Origin: an uncultured Desulfarculus sp.
GTDB taxonomy: Bacteria > Desulfobacterota > Desulfarculia > Desulfarculales > Desulfarculaceae
DNA length: 64,000 nucleotides
Direction: 5' to 3'
Assembly: GCA_963665125.2 (NCBI GenBank)
Contig: CAXXUK010000001.1
Span: 1,280,001-1,344,000 of the forward strand
Below the pieces are notes generated by a model. It ran no database searches and had not been told where the DNA came from. It saw only the letters and a program-made list of their open reading frames with translations. The position numbers and the translations under genes are program-made. Shown in pieces: positions 1-9,582 of the stretch (position 1 is its first letter; every line of letters starts with the position of its first letter).

Positions 1-1316
1 GCGTCGATGACTTCCATGCCCCGGCTGGCCAGCAGTTTGGCGATGGTTCCGCCGCCGCCCTCGTCCACCTTGCCCATGGCCGCGGTCTGCCAATTGACCC
101 CGGCGCGATTCCACACACCCCGGATCCAGGCCACGAACTCGGCGTCGGCGTCATTGGCCGTGTACTTGCCGCCCGATCCGGTGTATTTGGTCAGGCACAC
201 GCCATAGCCCATCTTGGCGGCGTTGCGCTTTTCATGAACTTCCGGGTAATCCGGGTCCAAAGCCGGACTGGCGTCGGCGCTGATCATCTGGCTGGCGGCC
301 AGGGCCTTGCATACGTCTATATAGGCCGCAGGTTGTTTTACCGTTTCCAGGATGGCCGCCGTAAGCAGTTCGATGAACCGGCTCTTGGCTCCGGTGGCGC
401 CGTCGGAACCCACTTCCTCCTTGTCCACGAACAGGGCCACGCTTGTCATCTCCGGGTCCTTAAGGCCCAGGATGGCTTCCAGGGTGGCAAAGGCCGCCGC
501 CCGGTCGTCCTGGCCGTAACCGCCCACCAGAGCCCGGTCCAGCCCGACATCCCGGCTGGGGCCGGCGGGAACGATCTCCAGTTCGGCGCTGATAAAGTCT
601 TCCTCGGTCATGCCGTAGCGCTTGTTCAGTTCCCGCAAGACTGCCAGCTTGACCAACTCGCCCTTTTCATCGCTGTCCAGGGGCAGCCCGGCGATGACCA
701 GGTTCATCTTCTCGGCCTCAATGGCCTCGTTAAGCTTTTTCTCGCCCTGGCTCTTGCGGCTCAGATGGGGCAGCAGATCCAAAAGCGTAAACACCGGGCC
801 GTCGGGGTCCTCGCCAAGGCTCAGGGACACAGTCTTTCCGTCGTCGGTGCAGACCACGCCGTGGATGGCCAGGGGCCGGGCCATCCACTGGTATTTCTTG
901 ATGCCGCCGTAATAGTGGGTCTTCAAGAAGGCCAGTTCCTGTTCTTCGTAAAGCGGATTGGCCTTCAGATCCAGACGGGGCGAATCCAGGTGCGAGCCCA
1001 CCAGGCGCATGCCCGCCGACGGGGCCTTCTTGCCCAAGACCACCAGGGCCGTGACCTTGCCCCGAAACTCCAGGAAAAACTTTTTGCCCTTGGCTCCTGC
1101 CGTCAGGGGCTTGAATCCGGCCGCCTCGGCCTGCCGCCTGATCTCTTTCACGGCCAGGCGCTCGGTCTTGGCGATATCCAGAAAAGACTTGAACTTTTCA
1201 GCCAAAGCCATGATTTCTTTGCGCTGTTCTGCACTGGAACCGACCCACACGTTCTTGCTTTTTTTTAACAACCGTTCGGAAAGCTCTTCTGTTTTCTTTT
1301 TGCTCAGCTTGGCCAT
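1..1316 (-). CDS. M18-family aminopeptidase (ApeA-like), 3' end runs off the window
   Basis: Not in the ORF track; translated manually from ATG at 1316 (GGAGG RBS upstream). Motifs KTERLAVKE, GSHLDSPRLDLKANPLYE, LKTHYYGGIKKYQW and GQDDR are typical of M18. Confidence 0.9.
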   Translation of the reverse strand, partial: MAKLSKKKTEELSERLLKKSKNVWVGSSAEQRKEIMALAEKFKSFLDIAKTERLAVKEIRRQAEAAGFKPLTAGAKGKKFFLEFRGKVTALVVLGKKAPSAGMRLVGSHLDSPRLDLKANPLYEEQELAFLKTHYYGGIKKYQWMARPLAIHGVVCTDDGKTVSLSLGEDPDGPVFTLLDLLPHLSRKSQGEKKLNEAIEAEKMNLVIAGLPLDSDEKGELVKLAVLRELNKRYGMTEEDFISAELEIVPAGPSRDVGLDRALVGGYGQDDRAAAFATLEAILGLKDPEMTSVALFVDKEEVGSDGATGAKSRFIELLTAAILETVKQPAAYIDVCKALAASQMISADASPALDPDYPEVHEKRNAAKMGYGVCLTKYTGSGGKYTANDADAEFVAWIRGVWNRAGVNWQTAAMGKVDEGGGGTIAKLLASRGMEVID

Positions 1317-1411
1317 ATTTCCTCCGGCAGTGCCGAATCAGCTCGTTAAGTCGAACCGCATCCAATAGCTATTACCCCGGCCCGGCCAATGCCGCAAGCC
1401 CCGCCGGGCTA

Positions 1412-2155
1412 TTACGCATCGGGTTTTTGGGCCAATAAAAATATCTCCACATTACCCTTGGGGCCCGTGATGGGGCTCTGGGCCCTACCCCGCACCAACA
1501 TGCCCAACTGTTCCAGGCAATGGGCAACCCTGTCCACGGCCTCCCGGCGGGCGTCCTCATCCCGGACCACTCCGCCCGCACCGACGTGCTCCCGCCCTGC
1601 CTCGAACTGGGGCTTGACCATGCACAGCACCATACCGCCCGGCGCGAGTCTGGCCGTCAGGTTGGGTAATACCAAGGTAAGGCTGATAAATGAAACGTCA
1701 ATGACTATGAGGTCGAATGGGCCCGGGGCTACGTCGTCGGCCATGTTGCGGGCGTTGGTGCGCTCTATGACCTCCACGCGCTCGTCCTGGCGCAGTTTCC
1801 AGGCCATCTGGCCGTAGCCCACATCAACGGCCGTCACATGGGCGGCCCCGCGCTGCAACAGACAGTCGGTGAAGCCGCCCGTGCTGGCCCCCACATCAAG
1901 GCATTTCAACCCACCGGGTTCCAAGCTGAATTGATCCAGGGCTCCGGCCAGCTTGACGCCGCCCCGGGACACATAAGGATGATCCGGACCATCGACGATG
2001 ATTTCAGCGTCTTGTTTGACGTTCTGGCCTGGTTTGTTGGCCGGAGCGCCGCCCACCTTGACCTTGCCGGCCATTATCAGGGCCTGAGCCTTGCTGCGGC
2101 TGGGGGCCAGACCCATATCCACCAGGCATTGGTCCAGACGGCGGCCTTTGGCCAC
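1412..2155 (-). CDS. tlyA: TlyA family rRNA (cytidine-2'-O)-methyltransferase
   Basis: N-terminal S4 domain; YVSRGGVKL, LDVGASTGGFTD, DVSFISL, VKPQFE, SPITGPKGNVE; follows dxs. Confidence 0.95.
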   Translation of the reverse strand: MAKGRRLDQCLVDMGLAPSRSKAQALIMAGKVKVGGAPANKPGQNVKQDAEIIVDGPDHPYVSRGGVKLAGALDQFSLEPGGLKCLDVGASTGGFTDCLLQRGAAHVTAVDVGYGQMAWKLRQDERVEVIERTNARNMADDVAPGPFDLIVIDVSFISLTLVLPNLTARLAPGGMVLCMVKPQFEAGREHVGAGGVVRDEDARREAVDRVAHCLEQLGMLVRGRAQSPITGPKGNVEIFLLAQKPDA

Positions 2156-2158
2156 GGC

Positions 2159-4120
2159 TCAGTCCGCCAAGTCCTGGGCGGCCTTGACCACCGCGGCGGC
2201 ATCCACGCCATAGACATCGCGCAGCTTGGCCTGGGAGCCATGCTCCACAAAGGTGTCGGCAATGCCGATCATCGACACCGGCGGGCACAGGCCCCGGGCG
2301 CTGAGGGCCTCCAATACGGCCGAGCCGAAACCGCCGGCCTTGACGTTTTCCTCAACCGTGACGACCTTGCCGCACTTTTGGGCCCAATTGCAGATCAGTT
2401 CCTCGTCAAGCGGTTTGACGAACCGGGCATTGATCACCGCCGCGCCGATGCCCTTGGCTGCCAGTTCCTCGGCTGCCTCCAGGCAATTGTGCACGCCAAC
2501 GCCGACGCCCACCAGAAGCACGTCGAAGCCTTCGCGCAGGAGTTTACCCTTGCCCCAGGCCAGTTCCTCGAAAGGCTCGTCCGTGGGCACGCCAAAGCCC
2601 GCGCCACGGGGATAGCGGATGGCCACCGGGCCCTTGTATTTGAGCGCGGAATAGATCATGTGCCGCAGTTCGCCCTCGTCCATGGGCGACAACAGCGAAA
2701 GATTGGGTACGCAGCGCAGGAAGCTCAAATCTAAAAGCCCCTGGTGAGTCTCGCCGTCCTCGCCGACAATACCGCCCCGGTCCAGGGCCAGAAGCACCGG
2801 CAGATTGGGCAGACAGACGTCATGGACGATCTGGTCATAGGCCCGCTGCATAAAGGTGCTGTAGATGGCCACCACCGGATGAAATCCCTCGCAGGCCAGA
2901 CCGGCGGCAAAGGTCACCGCGTGCTGCTCGGCAATGCCCACGTCGATGAAGCGGTCCCGGTAGGACTCGGCGAACGACTGCAAGCCCGTGCCTTCGGGCA
3001 TGGCCGCGGTGATGGCCACGATTTCGGGCCGGTCCTTGGCCAACTGGACCATGGTCCGGCCGAATACTTCCGTGTAGGACTGGGCCTTGGGCTTTGGCGG
3101 CGGTGGTGGAGGAGACGGCGTCCCGTTGCACGGCTCGGTCTGGGGCGGACGGGCGATCTTGCCCACGCCGTGGAAATGGGCCGGGTTTTCCTCGGCCGGC
3201 CTGTAGCCCTTGCCCTTTTGGGTCATCACATGGATCAGATGCGGGCCGCCCAGGTCGGCCACGTTGCCGAAAACGGTGACCAACCTGTCCAGGTCGTGGC
3301 CATCCACCGGGCCCACGTAGTTGAACCGGAAGGCCTCGAAAAGCATGCTGGGGGAGAAAAAGGCCCGGAACGACTCCTCGGCCCGCCGGGCGAACTCCAC
3401 CAGGTTGTCGCCCACCGCGGGCATGGACTTGAGCACCTTTTCCAGGTCCTTGCGGAAGCGCTGGTACATGCCGCCCGACAGCGACCTGCTGATGAACTTG
3501 GACAAAGCTCCGACATTGGGGGCGATGGACATGCCGTTGTCGTTCAAGACGACAATGAGGTTTTCATTGAGAAAACCGGCCTGGTTCAGGCCCTCGTAGG
3601 CCATGCCGCCGGTGAGAGAGCCATCGCCGATCACGGCGATGACCTTGCCGGGGTCATTATTGAGGCGCTTGCCCACGGCCAGGCCCAATGCCGCCGATAT
3701 GCTGGTGGACGAGTGCCCCGTGTCAAAGGCGTCGTAAACGCTCTCCCGGCGTTTGGGAAAGCCCGAAAGCCCGCCGAACTGGCGCAGGGTGCAAAAACGG
3801 TCCCGCCTGCCGGTAATGATCTTGTGGGTGTAGGTTTGGTGGCCCACGTCCCAGACAATTTCGTCCTGGGGACAGGAAAAGACCTTGTGCAGGGCCAGGG
3901 TGAGTTCCACCACGCCGAGGCTGGGGGCCAGATGCCCGCCGGTTTCGGTTACCCTGGAGATGATGAAATCGCGGATTTCCTGGGCCAGTATCTTTAGATC
4001 GTCAGGACCTAGATCCTTCAGGTCGTCCGGCGATTCGATCTTGTCTAGAAATTTATATTTCGTCTGAGTTTCGTTAGCCAAGCCTATATTCCCGGCGGAC
4101 AATTGCCCGCGATTAATCAT
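2159..4120 (-). CDS. dxs: 1-deoxy-D-xylulose-5-phosphate synthase
   Basis: GGHLAPSLGVVEL, WDVGHQ, GDGSLTGG..E..N, DVGIAEQHAVT, GEDGETHQG. Exact start uncertain. Confidence 0.97.
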   Translation of the reverse strand: MINRGQLSAGNIGLANETQTKYKFLDKIESPDDLKDLGPDDLKILAQEIRDFIISRVTETGGHLAPSLGVVELTLALHKVFSCPQDEIVWDVGHQTYTHKIITGRRDRFCTLRQFGGLSGFPKRRESVYDAFDTGHSSTSISAALGLAVGKRLNNDPGKVIAVIGDGSLTGGMAYEGLNQAGFLNENLIVVLNDNGMSIAPNVGALSKFISRSLSGGMYQRFRKDLEKVLKSMPAVGDNLVEFARRAEESFRAFFSPSMLFEAFRFNYVGPVDGHDLDRLVTVFGNVADLGGPHLIHVMTQKGKGYRPAEENPAHFHGVGKIARPPQTEPCNGTPSPPPPPPKPKAQSYTEVFGRTMVQLAKDRPEIVAITAAMPEGTGLQSFAESYRDRFIDVGIAEQHAVTFAAGLACEGFHPVVAIYSTFMQRAYDQIVHDVCLPNLPVLLALDRGGIVGEDGETHQGLLDLSFLRCVPNLSLLSPMDEGELRHMIYSALKYKGPVAIRYPRGAGFGVPTDEPFEELAWGKGKLLREGFDVLLVGVGVGVHNCLEAAEELAAKGIGAAVINARFVKPLDEELICNWAQKCGKVVTVEENVKAGGFGSAVLEALSARGLCPPVSMIGIADTFVEHGSQAKLRDVYGVDAAAVVKAAQDLAD

Positions 4121-4135
4121 CCAGTCGTAATTATA

Positions 4136-5023
4136 TCAGTGGGTGCGAGCCATGATGTAAAGGGCCAGATCCACCAGCGGTTCGGCGGCAGGGCCCATGT
4201 CCCGGACGATGTCGGCGGCTTCCCGCACCAGCCTGTCGCCGGTCTGGTGGGCCTGGGCCGGTCCCAGCACCCCGGGATAGGTCATCTTGCCCTGGGCCGC
4301 GTCGGCCCCGGTGGCCTTGCCCAGGACTTCCGCGTCGCCTTCAAGGTCCAGCAGGTCGTCGGCTATCTGAAAGGCCAAACCAATACGGCGGCCGTAGCGC
4401 ACCAGTTGCCTCTCCCGCTCGGCGTCGGCCCCGGCCAACACGGCGCCTGACTGGATGGCGGCGGTTATCAGGGCTCCGGTTTTGCGCGAGTGGATAAAAT
4501 CGACCATGGCCAGGTCGGGCTCCATATCCTCTCCCTCCAGGTCCGAGGCCTGGCCGCCGACCATGCCCAGGTATCCGGCCGCCCGCATGACGATGTTGGA
4601 GGCCCGGATCACCCGGCCCGGCTCCAGGCCCTTGGCGCTCTCCTCATCCGACAACAGAACCATGGCCTGGGTCAGCAGGCCGTCGCCGGCCAATACGGCC
4701 ATGCCGTCGCCGAACACCTTGTGGTTGGTGGGCACGCCGCGCCGGAAATCGTCATCGTCCATGGCCGGCAGATCATCGTGGATCAGCGAATAGGTGTGAA
4801 TCATTTCCATGGCGCAGGCGCAGAACATCACCGAAGCGGGATCGCCGCCAGAGGCCTCGGCCCCGGCCATGCACAGGATGGGCCGCAGACGCTTGCCGCC
4901 GGCAAACAGGCTGTAACGCATGGCCTTCAAGATAATGCCGCCGCTTTCGTCGCCGGGCAGATAGGCCTCCAGAGCCTTGTCCACCAGTTCCCGCCTTTGG
5001 AGCAAATACGCCTTGATATCCAC
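4136..5023 (-). CDS. ispA: Farnesyl diphosphate synthase (polyprenyl synthetase)
   Basis: GGKRLRP, SLIHDDLPAMDDDDFRRG, FQIADDLLD; xseB-ispA-dxs synteny. Confidence 0.95.
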   Translation of the reverse strand: MDIKAYLLQRRELVDKALEAYLPGDESGGIILKAMRYSLFAGGKRLRPILCMAGAEASGGDPASVMFCACAMEMIHTYSLIHDDLPAMDDDDFRRGVPTNHKVFGDGMAVLAGDGLLTQAMVLLSDEESAKGLEPGRVIRASNIVMRAAGYLGMVGGQASDLEGEDMEPDLAMVDFIHSRKTGALITAAIQSGAVLAGADAERERQLVRYGRRIGLAFQIADDLLDLEGDAEVLGKATGADAAQGKMTYPGVLGPAQAHQTGDRLVREAADIVRDMGPAAEPLVDLALYIMARTH

Positions 5024-5024
5024 C

Positions 5025-5276
5025 TCAGTCCTCTGATCGGTCTTGTTCGAAAGGCACCTGGCTCAGTGCGCCGTTATTGTCCCGCAACAGCAGGGACACC
5101 TTTTTTTCGGCCTCGTCCAGGCGCTTGCCGCAGTCGTCGGCAAGTTCCACGCCTTCTTCGAAAAGCTTGAGCGATTGCTCCAAGGTCAGGTCTTCCTGCT
5201 CCAGCTTTTTGACAATGTCTTCCAGCCGGGACAAGGTCTTTTCAAAACTCTGGGCCTTTTTGGGGGCTGCCATCAC
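5025..5276 (-). CDS. xseB: Exodeoxyribonuclease VII small subunit
   Basis: FEKTLSRLEDIV..LE...LTLEQSLKLFEEG; size and synteny. Confidence 0.95.
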   Translation of the reverse strand: MMAAPKKAQSFEKTLSRLEDIVKKLEQEDLTLEQSLKLFEEGVELADDCGKRLDEAEKKVSLLLRDNNGALSQVPFEQDRSED

Positions 5277-6142
5277 TTACCCTCCAGGGCCTTTGCCAGG
5301 CGGCCGCTGACATCCTGCCAAACCAGGGGATCGGTTTTCACGCCGTTTATGACCACGCCATAGTGCAGATGCGGCCCGGTGACCCGCCCGCTGGCCCCGA
5401 CCTCGGCGATGATATCGCCTTTGCGAACGTATTGTCCTTGTTTTACCAAGGCCTTGGACAAATGCAAGTAGCAGGTCACGATTCCCTGGCCGTGATCGAC
5501 AACCAGGGTCTTGCCGCCGAAGTAGTGATCCAACAGAATCACCACCAAACCATCGGCCGGGGCCTCGATGGGCACGCCCACGTCTCCGCGCAGATCCACG
5601 CCGCCGTGGGGAGATTTTTCCTGGCCGTTTACAATGCTGCGCCGCCCGAACTGGCTGACGACCTCGCCCGGCACGGGCCTGATAAACGGCCCGCTCCAAT
5701 GGCGCTCGGGCGTGTATTTGTCGAACGCGGCCGTTATCAAGGCCTGATCGTGTTGATACTGCCTCCACTGCTCATCGGTCATGGTGTCGAACTTTTTGCT
5801 GACGGTCAGCCTCCGCACACCATATTTGCCGGGTATGATCTTTATCTTGGCCGCCGTGGCCTGTCTGCCGTCGGCCATTATCCGCATGGGAGCCGAGTTG
5901 CCCTTCGCCCGCAGCGGCACGGCCGCCGGGCCATAGTAGCAGCCACCGGCCCCCTTGTGCAGGGGTATGTCCTGCCCCAAAAAGTTTGCCGCCACCGCCT
6001 TGGGTTGGCCCTTGAGGCAGGCCTTGACCAAAGCCGAGCGGCCTTTGACTATCGGCATGGGGCTGACATACAGCGTGTCGGCCACGGCCGGGCATCCGAC
6101 GAACAGCAGCAGCAACAAAACCCAGGGCAACCGGCGCATCAT
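5273..6142 (-). CDS. M23 family metallopeptidase, exported
   Basis: Signal peptide; HGGVD (HxxxD), YLHLS, TGPHLHY (HxH). Confidence 0.92.
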   Translation of the reverse strand: MMRRLPWVLLLLLFVGCPAVADTLYVSPMPIVKGRSALVKACLKGQPKAVAANFLGQDIPLHKGAGGCYYGPAAVPLRAKGNSAPMRIMADGRQATAAKIKIIPGKYGVRRLTVSKKFDTMTDEQWRQYQHDQALITAAFDKYTPERHWSGPFIRPVPGEVVSQFGRRSIVNGQEKSPHGGVDLRGDVGVPIEAPADGLVVILLDHYFGGKTLVVDHGQGIVTCYLHLSKALVKQGQYVRKGDIIAEVGASGRVTGPHLHYGVVINGVKTDPLVWQDVSGRLAKALEGK

Positions 6143-7485
6143 TCCAGAATATCCTCCACTATTGCTTTCAAAGAGCCCTCACCCAGCCTGACCTTGATCT
6201 CCCGACCCGGCCCGGTCTGGCTTGATTGCCGTAGAATACGTTCATTTTGGTCGAAAACCAAGGAATACCCCCGGCCCAGGACCTTGAGCGGCCCCAGGGC
6301 CCGCAACTGGCCGCGCAGGGCTTCGACGTGGTCCCTGTCGCGACGCAGACGTTCGATCATCTCGCGCAGCATGCGCCCGGCGGCCTCCCTGTGCCTGGCC
6401 CTGGCGTCGGAAAGGGCCAACCGCGGATTCAGGGCCTTGAGCGCGCCGGACAACTTCTGGGCCTCAAGGCGTTTTTCCGCCAGCAGGCCGCTTTGGGCCG
6501 AGGCCAGGCGCATGGTCAGGTCTTCCACGCGCAGGAGCTTGTCGATGAGCCGCCGCCTGGGGTCGGCCAAGCCCCTTTCCAGAGCCGCCAAATACCCGCG
6601 CCGCTCGTCGAGGCCGCGCAGCATTGACTTTTCCAGACGTCCTTTGGCCTCCAGCCAGCGCCGCATCAACTCGCCCCGGTCGGCCGTGAGCATCTCGGCC
6701 GCGGCCGAAGGCGTGGGCGCCCGCAGGTCGGCCACAAGGTCGGCCATGGTGAAATCGATTTCGTGACCCACGGCCGATACGACCGGGATCGGGCAAGCCG
6801 CTATGGCCCTGGCCAGGGCCTCGTCATTGTAGGCCCACAGGTCTTCGGGCGAACCGCCGCCTCTGGTCAACACGATGACCTCGGGCCAGTCCCAACTGGC
6901 CAGCTCACCCAGGGCCGTGACCATCTGCCCGGCCGCGGCGTCACCCTGGACCTGCACCGGATATAAGGCCACGGCCAGACGGTCGTGCCTGCGGTGAACC
7001 ACTTTGAGGAAGTCGCGGATAGCCGCGCCGCTGGGCGAGGTGACAACGGCCACCCTGGCGGGCAGGTCCGGCAGCGGGGCCTTGTGTTCCTGATCGAACA
7101 GACCCTCGGCGGCCAGGCGGCGTTTGAGCTGCTCGAATGCCAGGGCCATGGCCCCGGCGCCCTGGGGTTCGGCAGTGTCCACCACAAGCTGCATGTCGCC
7201 TCTGGGCACATAAATACTGATGCGTCCCTGGCAAAGGACCTGCTGGCCCTCTTCCAGGCGGAAGCGCAGCAATCCGGCCTGATGCCGAAACATCACCGCC
7301 CGGATGGAGCCGTCCCTGTCCTTGAGGCTGAAATAGACATGGCCGCTGGCCGGACGCCGCAGGCCGCTGACCTCGCCCTGGACCCAGACAAAGTCAAAGG
7401 CCGATTCGGTCTGCTGTTTGATCTGCCCCAGAAGCTCACCCACGCTGTAGATTCGTCTGGCGGCAAACAAGCTCAATGCGTCCAC
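6139..7485 (-). CDS. xseA: Exodeoxyribonuclease VII large subunit
   Basis: SGHVYFSLKD, TSPSGAAIRD, RGGGSPEDLW, SAVGHEID, PTPSAAAE. GTG start at 7485 chosen for the GGGAGG RBS. Confidence 0.95.
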   Translation of the reverse strand: MDALSLFAARRIYSVGELLGQIKQQTESAFDFVWVQGEVSGLRRPASGHVYFSLKDRDGSIRAVMFRHQAGLLRFRLEEGQQVLCQGRISIYVPRGDMQLVVDTAEPQGAGAMALAFEQLKRRLAAEGLFDQEHKAPLPDLPARVAVVTSPSGAAIRDFLKVVHRRHDRLAVALYPVQVQGDAAAGQMVTALGELASWDWPEVIVLTRGGGSPEDLWAYNDEALARAIAACPIPVVSAVGHEIDFTMADLVADLRAPTPSAAAEMLTADRGELMRRWLEAKGRLEKSMLRGLDERRGYLAALERGLADPRRRLIDKLLRVEDLTMRLASAQSGLLAEKRLEAQKLSGALKALNPRLALSDARARHREAAGRMLREMIERLRRDRDHVEALRGQLRALGPLKVLGRGYSLVFDQNERILRQSSQTGPGREIKVRLGEGSLKAIVEDILE

Positions 7486-7517
7486 GCCGCGGAGCCTCCC
7501 ATCACCACAAAAACGGT

Positions 7518-8099
7518 TCAGTTGCCGACCCAATAATCCTTAATCAGGCCGGATTTACGTAGGGCGTCGCCCTTGGCTTTTGCCTGGTCCTTGTTGTCGA
7601 ATCCGTCGATGAGCACCCTGTACCAGATGCCCTTTTCGCCCAGATCAACCCGCATGGTCCTGGACTCGACGTTTTTGGCCGTGAGTTTGTCGGCCAGGGC
7701 CCTGGCCTCGCCGGCGCTGCGGAAGCTTCCCAGTTGCAGGGCCACGCCAACCGCGCCCACATTGGCCCGCCGGGGCGCCGCGAGAATCGTGCTGATCCGG
7801 TCCGGGTTGGCCCCTTGTTCGACAACGTCCACCTGGTAACTCTGATCGCCGCCCTTGGCCGATTTGGCGCTGTAGACGATTACGCTGCGGTCGGGGCCGG
7901 TCTGTATTTCATAGCGGCCCGTGTTCCCGGATTTGGCCGCAGCGATCTCGTTTTCGATCATCTTGCGGATGGTGTCGTCGCCGACCCCTGCCTTGCGCAG
8001 GGCCAGGACTTGGTCAACGCTCAGGGCCCATCCCGGCCCGGCCAGGAAAACCAACACCAACGGCACAACCAAAAGGGCATTCAGAAAGGCTCTGGGCAT
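7518..8099 (-). CDS. Exported SPOR-domain protein
   Basis: Signal peptide; C-terminal LQLGSFRS...A...WYRVLI.GF SPOR pattern. Confidence 0.8.
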   Translation of the reverse strand: MPRAFLNALLVVPLVLVFLAGPGWALSVDQVLALRKAGVGDDTIRKMIENEIAAAKSGNTGRYEIQTGPDRSVIVYSAKSAKGGDQSYQVDVVEQGANPDRISTILAAPRRANVGAVGVALQLGSFRSAGEARALADKLTAKNVESRTMRVDLGEKGIWYRVLIDGFDNKDQAKAKGDALRKSGLIKDYWVGN

Positions 8100-8163
8100 A
8101 TGGGCCTCCGTTATACGGGCGTGGGCGTCAATTTTATCAGGCCCGGTAGCGTCTTTGCCAGGC

Positions 8164-9462
8164 CTATCGGCTCCGCTGCAAAATCAGGACAGCCTCCACA
8201 TGGCTCGTCTGGGGAAACATGTCCAGGGCGTGCAGATCAAGGGGCTTGTATCCGTATTGGGCCAGGATGCCGGCGTCTCTGGCCAACGCCGCCGGATGGC
8301 AGGATACATAGACGATGCGCTCGGGACTCAGCGAGGCCAGTTGGGGCATCATGCCCTTGGCCCCGGCCCGGGGCGGGTCCAGCACCACCAGGTCGAAATT
8401 CTGGCCCTGGGCGCTCAGTTCGTCCAGGGCCTCGGTGGCGTCCATGGAGCGAAGCTGCATGCGCTCCAGCAGGCCGTGTTTGCGGCCCTGCCAATTCATG
8501 ATCTCCACCGCGGCCTGGCTAACCTCGATGGCGTTGACCTGCCAGCCCGCGTTGGCCAAGGGCAGGCTCAGGTTGCCGCTGCCGGCGTAGAGGTCCAGAG
8601 CCGCGCCGGTCTTGATGCCCTGGGCCGCCTGTTTGACGATCTCGACGAGCCGTCGGTTGACGGCGAAGTTTACCTGGCAAAACAAGCCGGGAAAGGCCAG
8701 CATCTCCAGACCGGAGTCCTTGTAATAGCTGACACCGGTTTCCGGCGACGGCTTCAAATCTTCGATCCAGCCGCCCCTGGCCAGGCGAACCACTTCGGCT
8801 CCCGCCTTGCGCCCGGCGGTGTGCAGGTTTCGCTTGAGTTGGGGATTGAGCCGCACGTCGCGGCGCAGGGTCAGGTTCAGCATCGGGCCCTGGTTCTTTG
8901 CGGCCAGGATCTCGGCCCACAGCACCTCGCGCCCGGCAAAACGGCCGAGTTCCTGGTTTAGGCCCGGAAGCATTTCCGAAATGGCCTCATGGGCCACGGG
9001 GCACTTGTTCAGGCGAACGACGCGGTTTGAGTTGCGCTGGAAAAAGCCCACGCCGCCGGCCCTGGCCTGAAAGCTGACCCGGTTGCGCCAGCCGAAGTTC
9101 CGGGGCGAGGCGAATGGTTTGGCAGCCGGTGTTCCGGCCACCCTGTGCAGGGCCCTGTCGACCCAGGCCGCCTTGGCCGCCACCTGGGCCTTGTAATCCA
9201 GGTGCATCAGGTCGCAGCCGCCGCAATTGCCGTATTCGGGGCACACGGGCTCCACGCGCTCGGGCGACGGCTTGATTATCCGGGTCACTTCCGCCTCAAG
9301 ATAATCCCGTTTGCCGCCGGTGACGGCGACCTCAACTTCTTCGCCGCTCAAAGCCCCGGACACGAAAACAACTTTGCCGTCCTCGGCCCGCCCCACCCCG
9401 CGGCCGCCTGAGCCAAGCTCATTTATCTGCAATTTCATATTGGGCATTTTTCTACACATCAC
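8164..9462 (-). CDS. rlmD: 23S rRNA (uracil-C5)-methyltransferase RlmD family (TRAM + Fe-S)
   Basis: TRAM domain, CPEYGNCGGC, LDLYAGSG, LDPPRAG, YVSCHP, DMFPQTSHVE. Start may be one of several downstream ATGs. Confidence 0.9.
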   Translation of the reverse strand: MMCRKMPNMKLQINELGSGGRGVGRAEDGKVVFVSGALSGEEVEVAVTGGKRDYLEAEVTRIIKPSPERVEPVCPEYGNCGGCDLMHLDYKAQVAAKAAWVDRALHRVAGTPAAKPFASPRNFGWRNRVSFQARAGGVGFFQRNSNRVVRLNKCPVAHEAISEMLPGLNQELGRFAGREVLWAEILAAKNQGPMLNLTLRRDVRLNPQLKRNLHTAGRKAGAEVVRLARGGWIEDLKPSPETGVSYYKDSGLEMLAFPGLFCQVNFAVNRRLVEIVKQAAQGIKTGAALDLYAGSGNLSLPLANAGWQVNAIEVSQAAVEIMNWQGRKHGLLERMQLRSMDATEALDELSAQGQNFDLVVLDPPRAGAKGMMPQLASLSPERIVYVSCHPAALARDAGILAQYGYKPLDLHALDMFPQTSHVEAVLILQRSR

Positions 9463-9506
9463 AAGAATTTGCGTGTAATTCGTTTAGATTTTAAATCAAA
9501 ATGTGC

Positions 9507-9533
9507 TAAATCTTTTTGATCAGTTGCCGATTG
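9507..9533 (+). promoter_or_regulatory. Putative sigma28 (FliA) promoter for the HDOD gene
   Basis: TAAA-N15-GCCGATTG versus consensus TAAA-N15-GCCGATAA, about 50 bp upstream of the HDOD ATG. Confidence 0.6.
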
Positions 9534-9582
9534 GTTATCATTACCCATAAATTTGAACACCAAATGGAGTTCTAACCAGATT

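Noticed and set aside
234..1268. Long antisense/alternate-frame ORFs (also 2744-3997, 5363-6766, 12443-13642, 22686-23885, 25532-26851 and others)
   Set aside because: Shadow ORFs of well-supported genes caused by high-GC codon bias; no recognisable motifs.
1412..2155. TlyA as a haemolysin/virulence factor
   Set aside because: Housekeeping dxs-tlyA context supports the rRNA methyltransferase role.
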